Origin: Octopus sinensis
Lineage: Eukaryota
NCBI RefSeq assembly: GCF_006345805.1
Contig: NC_043013.1
Location: 54,932,001 to 54,996,000, forward strand
Length of the DNA stretch: 64,000 bases
Reading direction: 5' to 3'
A model generated the notes under the pieces. The model saw nothing but the letters and a program-made list of their open reading frames with translations. It was not told the origin of the DNA and searched no databases. Both the position numbers and the translations under genes were made by a program. Every line of letters starts with the position of its first letter. The first letter of the stretch is position 1. This document shows, piece by piece, positions 1 to 13,382 of this stretch.

Positions 1-520
1 CAGCAAATGACATTGTCTAATTGGATTAAATTAAATTTCAATTTAATCATATAATAAGGAAGCATAATGCATATTTTTTTCTATATCATATTTCAATCAT
101 TTCATTCCATTTATTTTTTTTAATAAACTTCATTACATATTGTAAAGGAAATGGTTTCTTTTTGATTTTTGAATTTCGAATAAAATTCCTTTTTAATATC
201 ACCGTTGGCATACTTAAAATAAATATATATAAAAAAAAAGTTAATTAATTAGAACTTTTAAGTGGATGCATTTATGTGAGCAATGTAAATGAAGTGTATT
301 TCTGACTGTAGAATAGAAACATAAATTAGAAATGGAATGGTTTTCTTAGGTGTCTGTTTTAAGATGGAACCATTTTAACAGTCCATACTTAGAGAATATT
401 TATTTTAGAACTGTCCATTAGCTTGTGATAAAACAGGAAGGCAATTTACAAATACACACACACACACACACACACAAATACAACCACATATGCACACAAA
501 CACACAAAAATATATATGTA

Positions 521-523
<3 letters not shown>

Positions 524-570
<47 letters not shown>
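524..570. repeat. (AT)n microsatellite
   Basis: Pure ATAT run; source of the poly-IY ORFs at 446-716. Confidence 0.95.
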
Positions 571-572
<2 letters not shown>

Positions 573-762
573 CATATCTGTAAATGTATACTCACAAACA
601 TGTGTATGGTTTTACAAATGAGGAAAAGTGTACTCAATATGTGCTGTAGAGTTTATTTATTCAAAGACGAATGGATTTGTGACTACTCTGAGTATTTGCA
701 ATGTGCAAATCGATAGGGCAACAAAAGAACACGTGTGTGTGTGTCTGTGTGTGTGTTAGTTA

Positions 763-965
763 TCGTGTTTGTTACTCACCACTGGAAAGCTGGTGTTGGA
801 TTGTTTACATTCTTGTAACTTAGTGGTTCAGCAAAACAAAAAAAAAGAAGGATAGAATGAGAATCAGGCACAAATTATAGATTAGTGTTGTCATTTGGTT
901 GACTAAACCCTTCATGGACATGCTCCAGCATGGCCATAGTCCAATGACTGGAAGTAGAATAAAAA
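763..965 (+). mobile_element. SINE family A, degenerate 3' half
   Basis: Matches the 3' half of the 61809-62194 copy, including the tail gctccagcatggccatagtccaatgactg. Confidence 0.7.
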
Positions 966-1302
966 CTAAAATAGTATGAATATGTCATTTCATGAGTGTG
1001 TGTGTGTGTGTGTGTGTGAATGGGTGTTGCTGTATGCTTCGGCGTGTTTGTTGGTGTGGCTGTGCACAGCGAGAAAGAGACAGACAGACAGAGTGTGTGT
1101 GTTCATGGTGGAAGGAAAGAGTTGAATAATGCAAAAAGGTGCCAAATATAACCCAGAAATAACATATCCTAGGATTATAGAAATGTGTTTCTTTAGTATT
1201 TCAGAGAAAATAGCTTTCTTATGAATAAGACAAAATATATACACACACACATACACACACACACACAAAAACACACACAATGTAGCACATATGCATACAC
1301 AT

Positions 1303-1408
1303 GATCAGATTGGAACCTGGTGCAGACTCCTGGCTTACCAGTCCTCAGTCACACTGTCCAACCCATGCCAGCATGGAAAAACGGACGTTAAACGATAATG
1401 ATGATGAT
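1303..1408 (+). mobile_element. RTE-type LINE 3' terminal fragment
   Basis: gtccaacccatgccagcatggaaaaacggacgttaaacgat followed by (GAT)n; same terminus as the RT-bearing element at 31366-33027. Confidence 0.8.
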
Positions 1409-2273
1409 AGATAGATAGATTCTTCTAAGTAGGTTTGTATTGGTGTATTTGGGTGAGTGTGTGTGTGTGTGTTGTGTCTGCACACATGCAAATGACTTGT
1501 TTTTTGTCTTTTTATTCCCTCGGTCTGAAAGAAGGGGCTGATCCCTGCCCTTTCTATTCTAGTTGATGACTGCAGAAAAAAAAATGCTATTCCAGAGGGT
1601 TGTCAGTCTGAGCAGGAAGGATTGGGTAGAGTGGTATTAAATGGTGGTGGTGGTGTTGGGAGGGATGAACACAATATGGGTGATGAGTGAATGAAAAGGA
1701 GTTGAGTAGAGAGGGGGGGTGATTCAAGAGCTTTCAGGAGCAGAGGTCATTATGGCAGTTGTAGAACTGGCTGAGAGAGGAAAGTAGAGCAGAAGATGGT
1801 GGTGGTGGTGGAGGTGGCCAACTTCATTTAGGAGTCATTCTTTGGATGCAGTGTAGGATGTCTATGTATTTGTGCGTATAAATGTGTGTGTATGTGTGAG
1901 GGGGAGTAAGTGTGGTGTGTGTGTGTGTGTGTGTGTGTGTGTGCATACAGGTATCTAATTTTCATTTTGGATTCTCACAGCCACTTGAATATACATACAT
2001 GAAATACAAACTTATTTTGTTTCATAACAGCAAACTGAAACACAGCCAAAGCACACAAGAGGAGAAAGAAGGAAAGAAAGAAAGAAAGAAGGAAAGGAGA
2101 AACGAAAGAAAGACAAAAAGAAAGAAGGAAGGAGGAAGACTGGAAGTGGGCAGGAAAGATAGAGAAAAAGACATTGAGAAAGAGAAATAGAGAAAGAGAG
2201 AGAGAAAGACATTGATAAAGAGAAAGAGAGAGAGAGAGAGGAGAGAGAGAATATTTTGAAAGTCTTGAAGAAT

Positions 2274-2274
<1 letters not shown>

Positions 2275-2317
<43 letters not shown>

Positions 2318-2372
2318 CAGAGGGCAAGGTAGGTAGGTAGGTAGGTAGGTAGGTAGGTAGGTAGATAGATAG
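2275..2372. repeat. Compound (GATA)n/(GGTA)n microsatellite
   Basis: Seen directly. Confidence 0.95.
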
Positions 2373-2532
2373 ATTCTGTTAAGTGTAGATGAATCAGAGC
2401 ATCAGATATTCTAGCATATTCTAAGACACACATATGCACCCACACACAAATATAAATTATATATATACTTTCTGCATTAAATACATCATATATATATACA
2501 CACACATATATACATTATATATGTAGGTATAA

Positions 2533-2534
<2 letters not shown>

Positions 2535-2621
<87 letters not shown>

Positions 2622-2655
2622 GTATATATTATACATATATATATACATATATATA
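2535..2655. repeat. Imperfect (AT)n microsatellite
   Basis: Seen directly. Confidence 0.95.
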
Positions 2656-2657
2656 AT

Positions 2658-2820
2658 ATTCTTTTACTTGTTCAATCATTTGATTTTGGCCATGCTAGGG
2701 CACCAGTTTAAAGGGTTTTAGTTGAAGAAATCAATCATAGATCTATATTCCTTGCAAGCCTAGTACTTATTCAAATGGTCTCTTTTGCCAAACTGCTAAG
2801 TTACGAGGACGTAACACACC
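2658..2820 (-). mobile_element. SINE family A, 3' fragment
   Basis: Reverse complement of the family A tail (ttcttttacttgtt...tcatttga...ggccatgctagggcacc). Confidence 0.75.
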
Positions 2821-2872
2821 ATTTATGATATATAAGTGTGTGTATATATATATATATATTTATGATATATAA

Positions 2873-2917
<45 letters not shown>

Positions 2918-3252
2918 AAGTATATGTAGCACTTATGTATTACATAAACTAACACACACATATATATATAGTGAGAGAGATTTTGAAAACTAGAGATATT
3001 ACTCACATTATTAAACTAGTACAAACACACATTATCCCATGAATACAACAAGAAGAACAAAACCAAATAATCTTTTAAGTCAAACAATAAACCACATGAT
3101 AAAGCAAGAAATCTTGACACGCTATCTTGACTAATAAAAAACTATTTTACAACATGCAGCGACGCAACTTTTTAAACTCCTTTAAGCTTAAGATTCCACT
3201 TGTGATAATTCGACAAAAAACAAAAACAAAAAATCACACACCCACACCAAAC

Positions 3253-3308
3253 TAATAATAATAATAATAATGAAGATGATGATAATAGTAATAATAACAA
3301 TAATAATA

Positions 3309-3397
<89 letters not shown>

Positions 3398-3481
3398 GTA
3401 GTAGTAGTAGTAGTAGTAGTAATAATAACAATAATGATGATGATAATAATAATAATAATAATGAAGATGATAATAATAGTA

Positions 3482-3512
<31 letters not shown>

Positions 3513-3547
3513 TAGCAACAATAATAGTAATAATACTAATAATACTA
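3253..3547. repeat. Long compound trinucleotide microsatellite (AAT/GAT/GGT/AGT)
   Basis: Successive AAT, GAT, AGT and AAT tracts; source of the poly-M/V/I and poly-L/S/Y ORFs. Confidence 0.95.
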
Positions 3548-5165
3548 ATGGGATAGTAACTTCCATAAAGCTTCTCAAAAGGTTTACATTAACCTCTAAA
3601 TTACTGTCTATGATGTATTTATTTTGTTTTATTTGTAGTTGTTTTGCTTTTGTTTTACCTAGATAGGTCTACAATAAAAGTGATAAGAAATATTGCCTGG
3701 CTTCAGTTTCAGGAGATCAAATTACTGGCTAATCTTGTGTTATCACTAAAATATGCTTCCACAAGACAGAAAGAAGATGAAGAATTATTGTCAGATGCAG
3801 GATAAGAGAAAAATGATATGGTTATACGGTTGTACAAGAAATCCAGGAGAAAGAAAGAGAGAGTGAGAGAGAAGGTGGGTGTACCAGTGTACGAGTGTGT
3901 GCATGTGTGTGTGTGTGTGGGTGAGCATGCTCATGTGTGTACATGTGGCGTATGTATTTATCTCAGCATGTGTCCATATCTGTGAATATGAAGTTATGTG
4001 TACACGTAAGAGTAAAAATAAGTAAATAAATGAGTAAATGAATAAATAAATAAATGGAAATAGCAGCAGGAGTGTGTGTTTATGAATATTTGACTATGTG
4101 AATGTAAGCAAATATTTGTATCTCTTTACACACTCATATCATAGCCAGGAAAGAATAAAAAAACAAAACAAAACAAACCATTATTTATGATGTTTGGTAT
4201 GAGTATTACTTCCCTTCACACATTCAAATTACAAAGGGATATGACAATATGCAAATAGTTATTTTCTGAGAGATTCTCTGAGAGGAAGTGATTACCGAAA
4301 ATCCATATTAACAGCATTGTGTCAGCAATGGAGAAGTGAATAATGTAATTTTAATATGAAATTCTCTTTTTGTCACACAAATTTCAATTGAAGCAGGATG
4401 TTTTTCAAATCACATAGATACATACATGTATTTTTAATGAGATTATCACCAAACTGACATTTTTTCCCTCTCCTCGCACTGTGTGCGTGCATATATATAT
4501 GCTTTTTAATTTACATGCATGTTTGTGTGTGTGTGTGGGGGCATGTATCTTCATATGTGTGCATGCTCAATTTTCTATTTATTAAGCCTGAGTAGTAACA
4601 TCAGTAGTAGTAGTAGTAGTGGTGGTGGCCATGGTTTCAATTTTATTTCATTTTAAAATTTATATCACAGTGTCTTGTACTGTCAAGGATTGCATTTTCT
4701 CCCAGAAGTGCTGATCACTAACTGACTGGACAGTGAGAGCAATGAGGGAGTGCCAGTAACTCAATGCAGAACAAATAATGCTAATGACCTTTGTTCACAA
4801 ACCCCTGGTTTTTCTCTGTTTCCTTTATCTTGTTTATATCCTTCACTAATATAAATGCAATGGTGCACAGAATTGCATACACGAACACACACAACTGCAC
4901 AATTTTTGTCTCCCAGATTCCACTCGCACAATCTGAAGCTAAAATAGACACTTCTCCAAAACGTTGCTCAGTGGGATTCTAGCTAAAAGCAATGTGGCAT
5001 TCTTTGACGGTCAGCTAGACTGGAGTATTGAGAGAATTGAGTGTGATTTGCTCTGCGGTCATTTTGTGTTGGTGTCGGTCAGTACAGGGGTGAATAACAG
5101 TGTGTTGGACAGGAGAGAGGAAAATAATACTATCCGGTATCTTTAGAAGGTGATGGCCAGTTTAA

Positions 5166-5381
5166 CCCTTTCGTTACTGTATTTATTTTGAGGTGCTCTG
5201 TGTTTCTTTCAATTTAAAAATAACAAAGAATTTAGTAAAATAACTTAGTTATCATTCAGCTAGTATTAGGAACATAAACTGTGACTAAGGTTTCGTGGAA
5301 GATTTTCATTCGAAAATTATGAAAACAAGACATTTGTACTCAGTGCCAGAGCCGGTTTCAGCCAGGTTGGTAACAAAAGGG
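5166..5381 (+). mobile_element. TTAA-flanked MITE (piggyBac-like ends)
   Basis: ttaa|ccctttcgttac ... gtaacaaaaggg|ttga; terminal inverted repeats; inverted copy at 57689-57908. Confidence 0.75.
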
Positions 5382-5644
5382 TTGAGATGTTACAGAAATA
5401 ACAAGAATAGGAATAAACAAAAATATGACAAGGGTCATTTGATTACAATGGTGTGTAGGTGATCTGGAGAAGCTGAAGTATGTGTATAAATGGTTTTCTT
5501 TTGCATGATGTCTCACTTCTGTTCACCAATAAAAACACATATGAAACAGTTGCAGTGAACCACAACCCACCTATTGCTATTTGTTTATCTGGATGTAAAT
5601 TTGTTTAAATAAAATTATTCCATACAGTAGCCTAGCATGGCTGC

Positions 5645-5970
5645 AGTCATTAGATCGTTGCCATTCTGGAGCACCACCTGGTAGAATCCAACCCAGTATT
5701 TAAAAACTTTTTGTGTACAGCTTGGTACTTATTTTATCAGGCTCTTTTGTAGAACTGTTGTCAACACTGGCTGTCAAGCAGTGGTGAGGGACAAACAGAC
5801 ACAAAGACACACTCACACACATGGGCTTCTTGCAGTTTCTCTTTACCAAATCCATTGGTAGAGTTTGAGGCTTTCACAGAAGACACTTATCCAAGCTGCT
5901 ATGTAGTGGGACTGAACCAGGAACCATGAGACTAGTAAGAAGCAAACTTCTTACAAAGCAGCCATACTGG
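5645..5970 (-). mobile_element. SINE family A, degenerate near-full copy
   Basis: Colinear with the reverse complement of 61809-62194. Confidence 0.7.
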
Positions 5971-5979
5971 CCGCCTATG

Positions 5980-6010
<31 letters not shown>

Positions 6011-6299
6011 ACACACACTCACACACACACACACAAATACACAGATATATATGTCTGTGTGTATTCTGGTTTTGTGTGCTCTGAATATCAGCATACCAAG
6101 CAGTGCTTCATTTTTAATACTCATGAAAATACACAACTAAATGTCACCATATTAGGTCAAAGAATGCAGGGCCAATATTGAGTATTTTCAACCTTAAGGC
6201 CAATTGTTTTACTTGAGGGTTTCAATTTCACCCAGTCAATCGTTATTTGAAAATCTCAAAAATCTCTTTTCCTTTCTGTTTTGTTAGTTGCCAAGTCTC

Positions 6300-6600
6300 A
6301 AGAAAGGGGCAGTGCCCATAACCTTTTGCAGAGCCTCACAGAACAATGAGCACGAGGATGTTACTTGTTCTGTTTAAACTGTTCTAAGTCAATGATTGCA
6401 AGAAAGACATTTGGAGAGAGGAAATTCCAGATGGTCTACATTCTGGGGAGAAAGGATTGGGTATATGGTTAGTGTGGGGTCTGAGGAGTTAGGATGCAAC
6501 AAGTTTGACAAGAGGGAAGTAGGATCAGTGGGTCATGGCTACCTTAGAGGTAGTGGCATCAAATCAGCCAATTCAGAGGATCAGAAGCCATTATACTTTG
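6300..6600 (-). pseudogene. CR1/L2/Jockey-like LINE, RT C-terminal remnant plus 3' end
   Basis: Minus-strand translation SSELADLMPLPLR ... SFLPRM*TIWNFLSPNVFLAIIDLEQFKQNK*, resembling the SFFPRT..LWNSLP..VFP..YDL..FK C-terminus; internal stops. Confidence 0.65.
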
Positions 6601-6934
6601 GTTTCATTTAAGTTATATCAAAACTGATCATAGAATGAAATAGCTACTTCATGGCAAACAATACAACCCAATTCCTTTAAAATTAAAGTATATTAAATCT
6701 ACTGCATTGAAAGATGATTCTAACAGGCAATATATATTTAGTTAGAATTTCCAGACCATCAAATACTCATAAAATGAGGAATAGTTAAAATAATGCTCAG
6801 TTACTACAAATGGCTGCTCACACCAAATAATACAATCTAATAATATCACCACCAATTTAGCAGGAGCAGCATTGTCGTCATCATCAGGGGCTGTCGGAGT
6901 TGCTACTGTATGGGATGAGACGTTTTGCTGTGTT

Positions 6935-7345
6935 CTTCCTTTATGCTCTAAGTTCAAATTCCACCGAGGTTGACTTTGCCTTTCTTGTTTTTGGTAGTTG
7001 ATAAAATAAATACCAGTTGAGTATTGGGGTCGAGGTAACTGACACACTCCTTCTGACCTTGCGCCAAAGTTTGAAACAAATCATTATAGCACTGCAATAT
7101 ATGCCTTGTGGTGTTTCTTTCAGTTCCTTGCATTCTGACTTGAAATTCTGCCTGGGTCAACTTTACCCTTCATCACTTCAGAGTCAATGAAATAAAGTAC
7201 CAGTTGTGTACTGGTTTCAATGGTATTGACTAACATCCTCCCATCAAAACTGCTGGCCTTGATCCAAAATTTGAAACAATTATTATTATTGATTACGCTC
7301 TCCCCCTTAAAATTGTGCCTTGTGCTTAAATCAGTAACCATTATT
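6935..7345 (+). mobile_element. SINE family B, two tandem degenerate copies
   Basis: aagttcaaattccaccgaggttgactttgccttt...gataaaataaataccag motif occurs twice. Confidence 0.7.
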
Positions 7346-7410
7346 ATTATCATCATCATCATATTATTATTATTGTTGTTATTGTTATCATCATCATCAT
7401 CATCATATTA

Positions 7411-7441
<31 letters not shown>

Positions 7442-7589
7442 CATTAATGTTGTTGTGAGTTGCAATTCACTTTGTCTTTCATGCCTTCATATTCAATCAT
7501 CTATATCCATTCTCAGACAAAATTGTGGCAGTATGCCAAAATAAGATATCAGCATTCATGTTGTTGATGTTGGTGTTAAACTCTGATTT

Positions 7590-7760
7590 AGTTAGCAGAC
7601 TTATGATCAAAGACATTCCAAGGAAATAGTGTATCCAGGCAACATTATATCGATATAGCCTTCCTGTTTTAAGATAGCAACATAAGATTAGGGTGGGAGG
7701 AGAATTGGTTGCTCTTTCTTGCAGGTTGAGTGACCATGTAAAGGCCACCCACATTAACTC
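7590..7760 (+). mobile_element. Interspersed repeat family G (unclassified)
   Basis: agcagacttatgatcaaagacattcca...tttaagat...ggttgctctttcttgcaggttgagtgaccatgta; related copies near 44115-44262, 53255-53432, 58700-58845 and 62930-63110. Confidence 0.55.
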
Positions 7761-8230
7761 ATCGTTGTTGCTATTGTTGGTAGTAAATAGTAGTAGTAGT
7801 AGCAGCAGCAGCAGACACTGAATCACTCCACTGTCCAGCAATTCTCAAGGTCAGCAGTTTTGAAATTTCGGTTTCAGCCTTTATATTACAGAAAAGAAAA
7901 GAATCCTTGAAATCATTACTAGTAGTAGGATTTCCAGTTTCAAGCCTTGTTCCAATTTGGTAAAACATCAATATACATGTCATATGCCATGGCAAGATAT
8001 GTTTACATAGCATACACCCCCAACCCTACCATTAGGAGTCAATTTCTGTTTCTGTGCTCCTGCAACAACCAGATCCTAAGGTTTCCAGATGTAACTTGTC
8101 AACAATCATCCATTATTTAAAAGATTAGTTAGAATTCAATTGCAATGGTTCAGACTTTTACACACTTCATCATTGGCTGTTGATTTATGCGGTGATGCAC
8201 AGTCAGATTAATTATGTTGGTATGGATAAG

Positions 8231-8400
8231 CACAGACATAGCTAACTGGTTAAGAAGGTTACTTCCCAGTCATGTGGTCTTGGGTTCAGTTCCATTCTGT
8301 GGCCTCCTCTGGCAAGTGTCTTCTACTATACCCCAAGGTAACCCATGCCTTGTGAGTGGATTTAGTAGATGGAAACTGAAAGATGCACATCATATTTGTA
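8231..8400 (+). mobile_element. SINE family A, 5' half
   Basis: tRNA-like head (ggttaagaag...gggttcagttcc), ggcaagtgtcttctactata, gccttgtgagtggatttagtagatggaaactgaaag. Confidence 0.75.
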
Positions 8401-8480
8401 TGCATGTGTGTGAGCATGCATACACACATACATATAGACAAATAGACATAATATATATATGTATATATATATAGACATAC

Positions 8481-8519
<39 letters not shown>

Positions 8520-8689
8520 AAGGGAGAGAGAGATGATGTGTAGATATATATATATCTCATCATCATTGTTTTCTACAGATGATGATGATGATGATAAATA
8601 CATATATATTTATACAAATGTATAACTTATATATGCATGTGTGTGTAAGTATATGTATATATGTTTGCATGCATGTGTGTGTGTGTGTG

Positions 8690-8952
8690 TGCAAGGAGGT
8701 ATATGTGAGTGTTTGTCTTGATATCACACGTCTTGATATCATACATCTGTTGTAAAGAAGTACTACTATCATGCAAACAGCAGCCTTCATTTCCTCCATC
8801 CTTCCATACAAGCATATCCATTCACGGGGACATATTACGTTGCTGGGAAATAGGTAAGGGTTAGCAACAGGAAGGGTATCTGGCCATAGAGAAATCCATC
8901 TGACCCATGCAAACGTGGAAAAGTAGACGTTAAAAAGATGATGATGATGATG
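8690..8952 (+). mobile_element. LINE-tail repeat family D2 (RTE-like terminus variant)
   Basis: ggttagcaacaggaagggtatctggccatag...tgacccatgcaaacgtggaaaagtagacgttaaaa followed by (GAT)n; further copies at 27050-27236, 34095-34220, 43940-44085 (+) and 34975-35075, 53640-53800, 60778-60880 (-). Confidence 0.7.
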
Positions 8953-9384
8953 ACAACGTATGTATACATGTGGCAGCAGTAACAGTGATTGTAATAGCAG
9001 TAGCAAAGTTGATAGAATTCCTTAGATATAACTAATTAGACATAAATTACTAAAGCAATTAGCAAGCTGCACAGGCATAAAAATCTGCACTCATGTAATA
9101 CGAGTATATTGAGCACACTTTCAAGTGGGTGCAGATATGCTGCATTAACATGCATGTATCACAGTGCACTGATGCAGTGTATTTGTATGCTGCAATTTAA
9201 TATGATGGAGTATGAATACAGACATTTCTAACCAGGGTATTATTTTAGCAGTCTTGCTATAAATTTGACTTTCAATGCATGTGATTTGTTTTGTCTTGTT
9301 TTTGTTTTTGATCAGTGAAACCAGTTTACACTGACTAGCTGCATTTTATGTTTAATTTATGACTAGATTCGCTCAATAAAAAAT

Positions 9385-9425
9385 GAATAATAATAATAAT
9401 AGTAATAATGATGATGATGATGATG

Positions 9426-9479
<54 letters not shown>

Positions 9480-9533
9480 GTAATAATAATGATAATAATA
9501 ATAATAATAATAATAATAATTATAATAATAATA
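9385..9533. repeat. (AAT)n/(GAT)n microsatellite
   Basis: Seen directly; source of the poly-I ORFs. Confidence 0.95.
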
Positions 9534-10265
9534 ACAGAAGCTGATAAGAAATTAATGAAGAAGAAAAAAATAGGTGAAAACATCATTAACATTTTATTAT
9601 GGCTAGGGTTTTTGGTAATAATTAGTTAGCGCTGTATCCTGGCAGATATGGCTCTTTATGGCTGGGAACAGTTGATAACCATCCTAATTACTTGTTACTA
9701 AGAATGTACAACAACAACAAACAACAACAGTGGGAGCTCTGGAGTTGGTGGATATGGTATTGAATTGCACTTTGTGATACCATCCTTCACAGATGAATGT
9801 TGATCGCCAAAAAAGTATTATCACATCAGAGGGAAATTGAAAGTAATGAAAAGTAAATAAACATTAATTTGTGTTAAATTAATGAATGTATGTGTGTGTG
9901 TGTGTGTGTGGATGCATGCACACACACACATACAATAAATATATGTACTGCATATAAAATATGTGTGTATGCATGTAGAAAGCTATACAGACACACAGAA
10001 ATTCCCATTTATTAGTATATGTTCACACACTTATATATAAGCACTCCTTCGTGTGTGTGTGTGTGTATGAATAAATGTGAATTTCTGTGTGTGGTAGTAT
10101 GGTTGCCTGGCTTATATACTTAGGGCTGTAAGGTGGGTGGCCTTCCTCTGCAAATGATACTTATTTGGAATGAGGGCAACCCTAGCAGTGTTTCTATGCA
10201 ACTTTGTTTCACAGAACTCCAGCACAGATTTTAACCACCCGATAACACCAGCAAAATGGGAAGTA

Positions 10266-10415
10266 CAGGGTGTCCATAAGTTATTTTTGCAATTTGGAGA
10301 ATTCAGAAAAAAATGTGAAACATGGATAACTTGGACAACAGAGAGGAACTTCATTGGCTGCATGCTACACATCTAGACAACGTGGCAGTGGTAAAGATAA
10401 ATAATGAACACCTTG
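10266..10415. mobile_element. Tc1/mariner-type MITE (~150 bp)
   Basis: ta|cagggtgtccataagttat versus the right end read in reverse complement, caaggtgttcattatttat (15/19 identical); right-hand TA is decayed to TC. Confidence 0.55.
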
Positions 10416-10697
10416 TCTAACAATAGATGGAGATGTATAGAAGGCAAACAAACTGGATATTGGTTGAAGAATTATATTTAACCTTATTCAGAATAGGAAA
10501 CAGTGAAAATAATTGACATCACTGGAACTCTTTTAAATTTTACAAAGACACATCATTTTTGCTTAGGGCAAGAAACCTCAGAGGAACAATATCGTTATTA
10601 GCATTCACAAATTATAAACAATGAAATGTTAGAAAAGTTGTACATAACAATAATACAATAGAAATGGGGCAAAACAAGATTGGAAGTAAGGAGAAAC

Positions 10698-10729
<32 letters not shown>

Positions 10730-11002
10730 ACACACACACACATATGTAATGTTTGTATGTATATTTATATATGTTTGTGCATATAAATCAAAACAAATCA
10801 AATGCCATGAAAAAAGTAAGGAAAGATCCAGTGACTTGACAAGGTCAGCTGAAATTTTATACTTGACGTATCAGTGGTACTAAGGCTCCAGAAATGTGGA
10901 TGATGTTTTCACCCAACAAGTTTTTGCATGATAAATTTTATTTATGCAAATAAAGAATTATTGTTGCTATCTCATGAATCACACTAACACACACACATGT
11001 TC

Positions 11003-11035
<33 letters not shown>

Positions 11036-11574
11036 CTTATATATCTACATGCTCCACACAAATATATATACCAGTTGTAACTATGTAAAACTGGATATAT
11101 ATTTTTGTGTAATTTAGATAGGTTTGGGTAGCTTTTTATTTCATGACTCAGAATATCAGAGTCCATTCTAGAAAGAAGTTGTTGTTTGCTGTAAAGTGTC
11201 TGGAAACTGATAGTTTGTAGGGTATTTCTTGAAGGAATTTTGTGTAAGCGCTACCTGAATGTTATGAGGTCTGTTTCGCTTTTTGGAATCAACATTCATT
11301 TTTTGGAATAAGGCAGAACCACTGAAGTAAAAAATGCTGAGTACTATGTTGTTGTGTGAGTTCGATTTTTGTAGAGAGTATATGACTCTGGAGTCAAGCC
11401 TTGGGTCATTTGTGAATTTCAAAATAGCATTACTGAGATAATTTGGCGGAATATTTTCAACCTCATAACAGCATTGGACAGAATAAAATTACAGCTTTTC
11501 AATATTCTATTCTGTCATGACGTTAATATAAATATATATATATACATATACGTGTGTGTGTGTGTGTGTGTGTA

Positions 11575-12789
11575 CAGAAGGTGGACAAATTAATGAAAAC
11601 ACTATTTTTAATTAATTATTTTTCTTTTGGTAATATAGCAAATTCAAAACAGTTCTAGTTTGTGTATACTTATGTATGTATTGTACTTCAAGATATAGAC
11701 TCTTCTTGTTTTTTGGCATATATTTATGTTTAAATAAGTTAAGATGCATGACTTATCTGACTTCCAGAGAGAACGAATTGCTGGAGCAAGAAATGCTGCA
11801 GCTTCAGTCATTAAAACTGCTGAATTGTTTAATGTTTTGAAAAGTACAGTCTTTGAAATCATGTTGGCATTCTAAAATCAAAGTAAAACCAGTTCTGGGC
11901 AATCATAAGTCTGGATGAAAGGCAAAGCTTGCAGAGAGGGGCAACAGGAGAGTCAAATGTATTTTGTTGGGAAACAGTTCAACAACTGCAGCAAAAATAA
12001 CAGTAGAGCTAAACTGACGCCTTGCAAACCCTTTGTCAATGATGAGCTCCATAAAACTGGATACCAAATCAGGGATGCAATCACTAAACTTTTTCTGTCC
12101 ATCATAAATGTTGATAAGTGGGAAAAAATGGTTCCTAGACTATCAGAAGTGATCAACGACTCTAAAGCACAATGTCATTTGTTCTAATGAATCATCATTC
12201 ACCCATTTTCCCCACTTTGGGTGAGTTGATGTCTAGAGACAGCCCAAAGACGTGTTCAGCCCTGACTGTTTGGCCCCTACTGTGAAATACAGAAGGGGGC
12301 TCTGTGATAATTTGAACAGCCATATTACAGAATTTACTTGGCCTTTTAATTATTCTGTAAGGTAGAGTCAAAGATTATATGAGTATATTTGCAGATCATG
12401 TCTAACCTAGAGTAAAAATTGTTCCTTGATAGCAGTGCAATCTTCCAAATTGATAACTTACAGCTAAAGTCATTCAAAATCGGTATGGAGAGCACAAAAG
12501 TGAAGTCGACTTCTAGGACTGGCCCCCACAATCACTGAATCTCAATATAATCAAACATTTATTGCACATTTCGAAGCAGCAAGTGAAGAATTGATTCCCT
12601 CCATCAAAGAGCTGAAGCAGGTTTTACTTGATGAATGACTCCAAATTCCCATAACAACCATTCAGAACCTGGATGAGTCAATTCTTTGACATATTAAAGC
12701 TGTGATTGACATCGTAGGTGAACAAACTATTTATTAACTAATAGAACTTTTAGTTAATGAGGTAATTTCGTTATTTTGTCCAAGCCCTG
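11575..12789 (+). mobile_element. Full-length fossil Tc1-family DNA transposon (1215 bp)
   Basis: TA at 11573-74 and 12790-91; imperfect TIRs cagaaggtggacaaattaatgaaa / (rc) cagggcttggacaaaataacgaaa; internal transposase remnant. Confidence 0.88.
11744..12737 (+). pseudogene. Tc1 DDE transposase pseudogene
   Basis: MHDLSDFQRERIAGARNAAASVIKTAELFNVLKSTVFEIM (HTH region); NESSFTHFPT..RQPKDVFSPDCLAPTVKY..GSVII; WPPQSLNLNIIKHL; LQIPITTIQNLDESIL.HIKAVI; multiple stops and frameshifts. Confidence 0.88.
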
Positions 12790-13382
12790 TATGTAGATAT
12801 ATATATATGTCTGTGTACATATAGTACATACACACACACACACACATTTATATTACACTCATTTACCAGTCATTGAAAATATATTTGCTTTAAAGCCATT
12901 TCATCTGAAATCACCCCCCTCTCCAACCTGTATGATTTCCATAAACTCACTAACACAAAAATTATTCCAACCTTTGCTAAACCAAAACGAAAATAAAACA
13001 GAAAACTGATTATTTAAACTCTTGGAAGCAGCAGAGTTACCGTAATATGTACCGATGTGTCTGTGTATGCACAGACAATTAAATACAAACATATATGATG
13101 TCAATAATATTTTTTGCTAACTTCAAACAATCAAACTTTTGAAATCAATCAGAAATGCAAATTATCTGTACTGATATATCACTTTCCTGGTCAAAAGATT
13201 AATAGCCAATTTTTAATGACTTTGGAAATATCAGGCTGCCGTAATAACCATGAACAAATATAGACAATAATACCTCTGAGGATTGGAATCAGCTTGAAAT
13301 AAAATACAAACTGATAATTTTGAATTATAAACATTATTTATCATTGATAAAGTTTAGTTTAGTTTTGCTTTGCTTTACATAC

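Noticed and set aside
446-3578. ORFs rich in poly-IY, poly-M, poly-L, poly-S and poly-VC (also 9335-9629 and many others)
   Set aside because: They are translations of microsatellites, which lack stop codons in some frames; no coding evidence.
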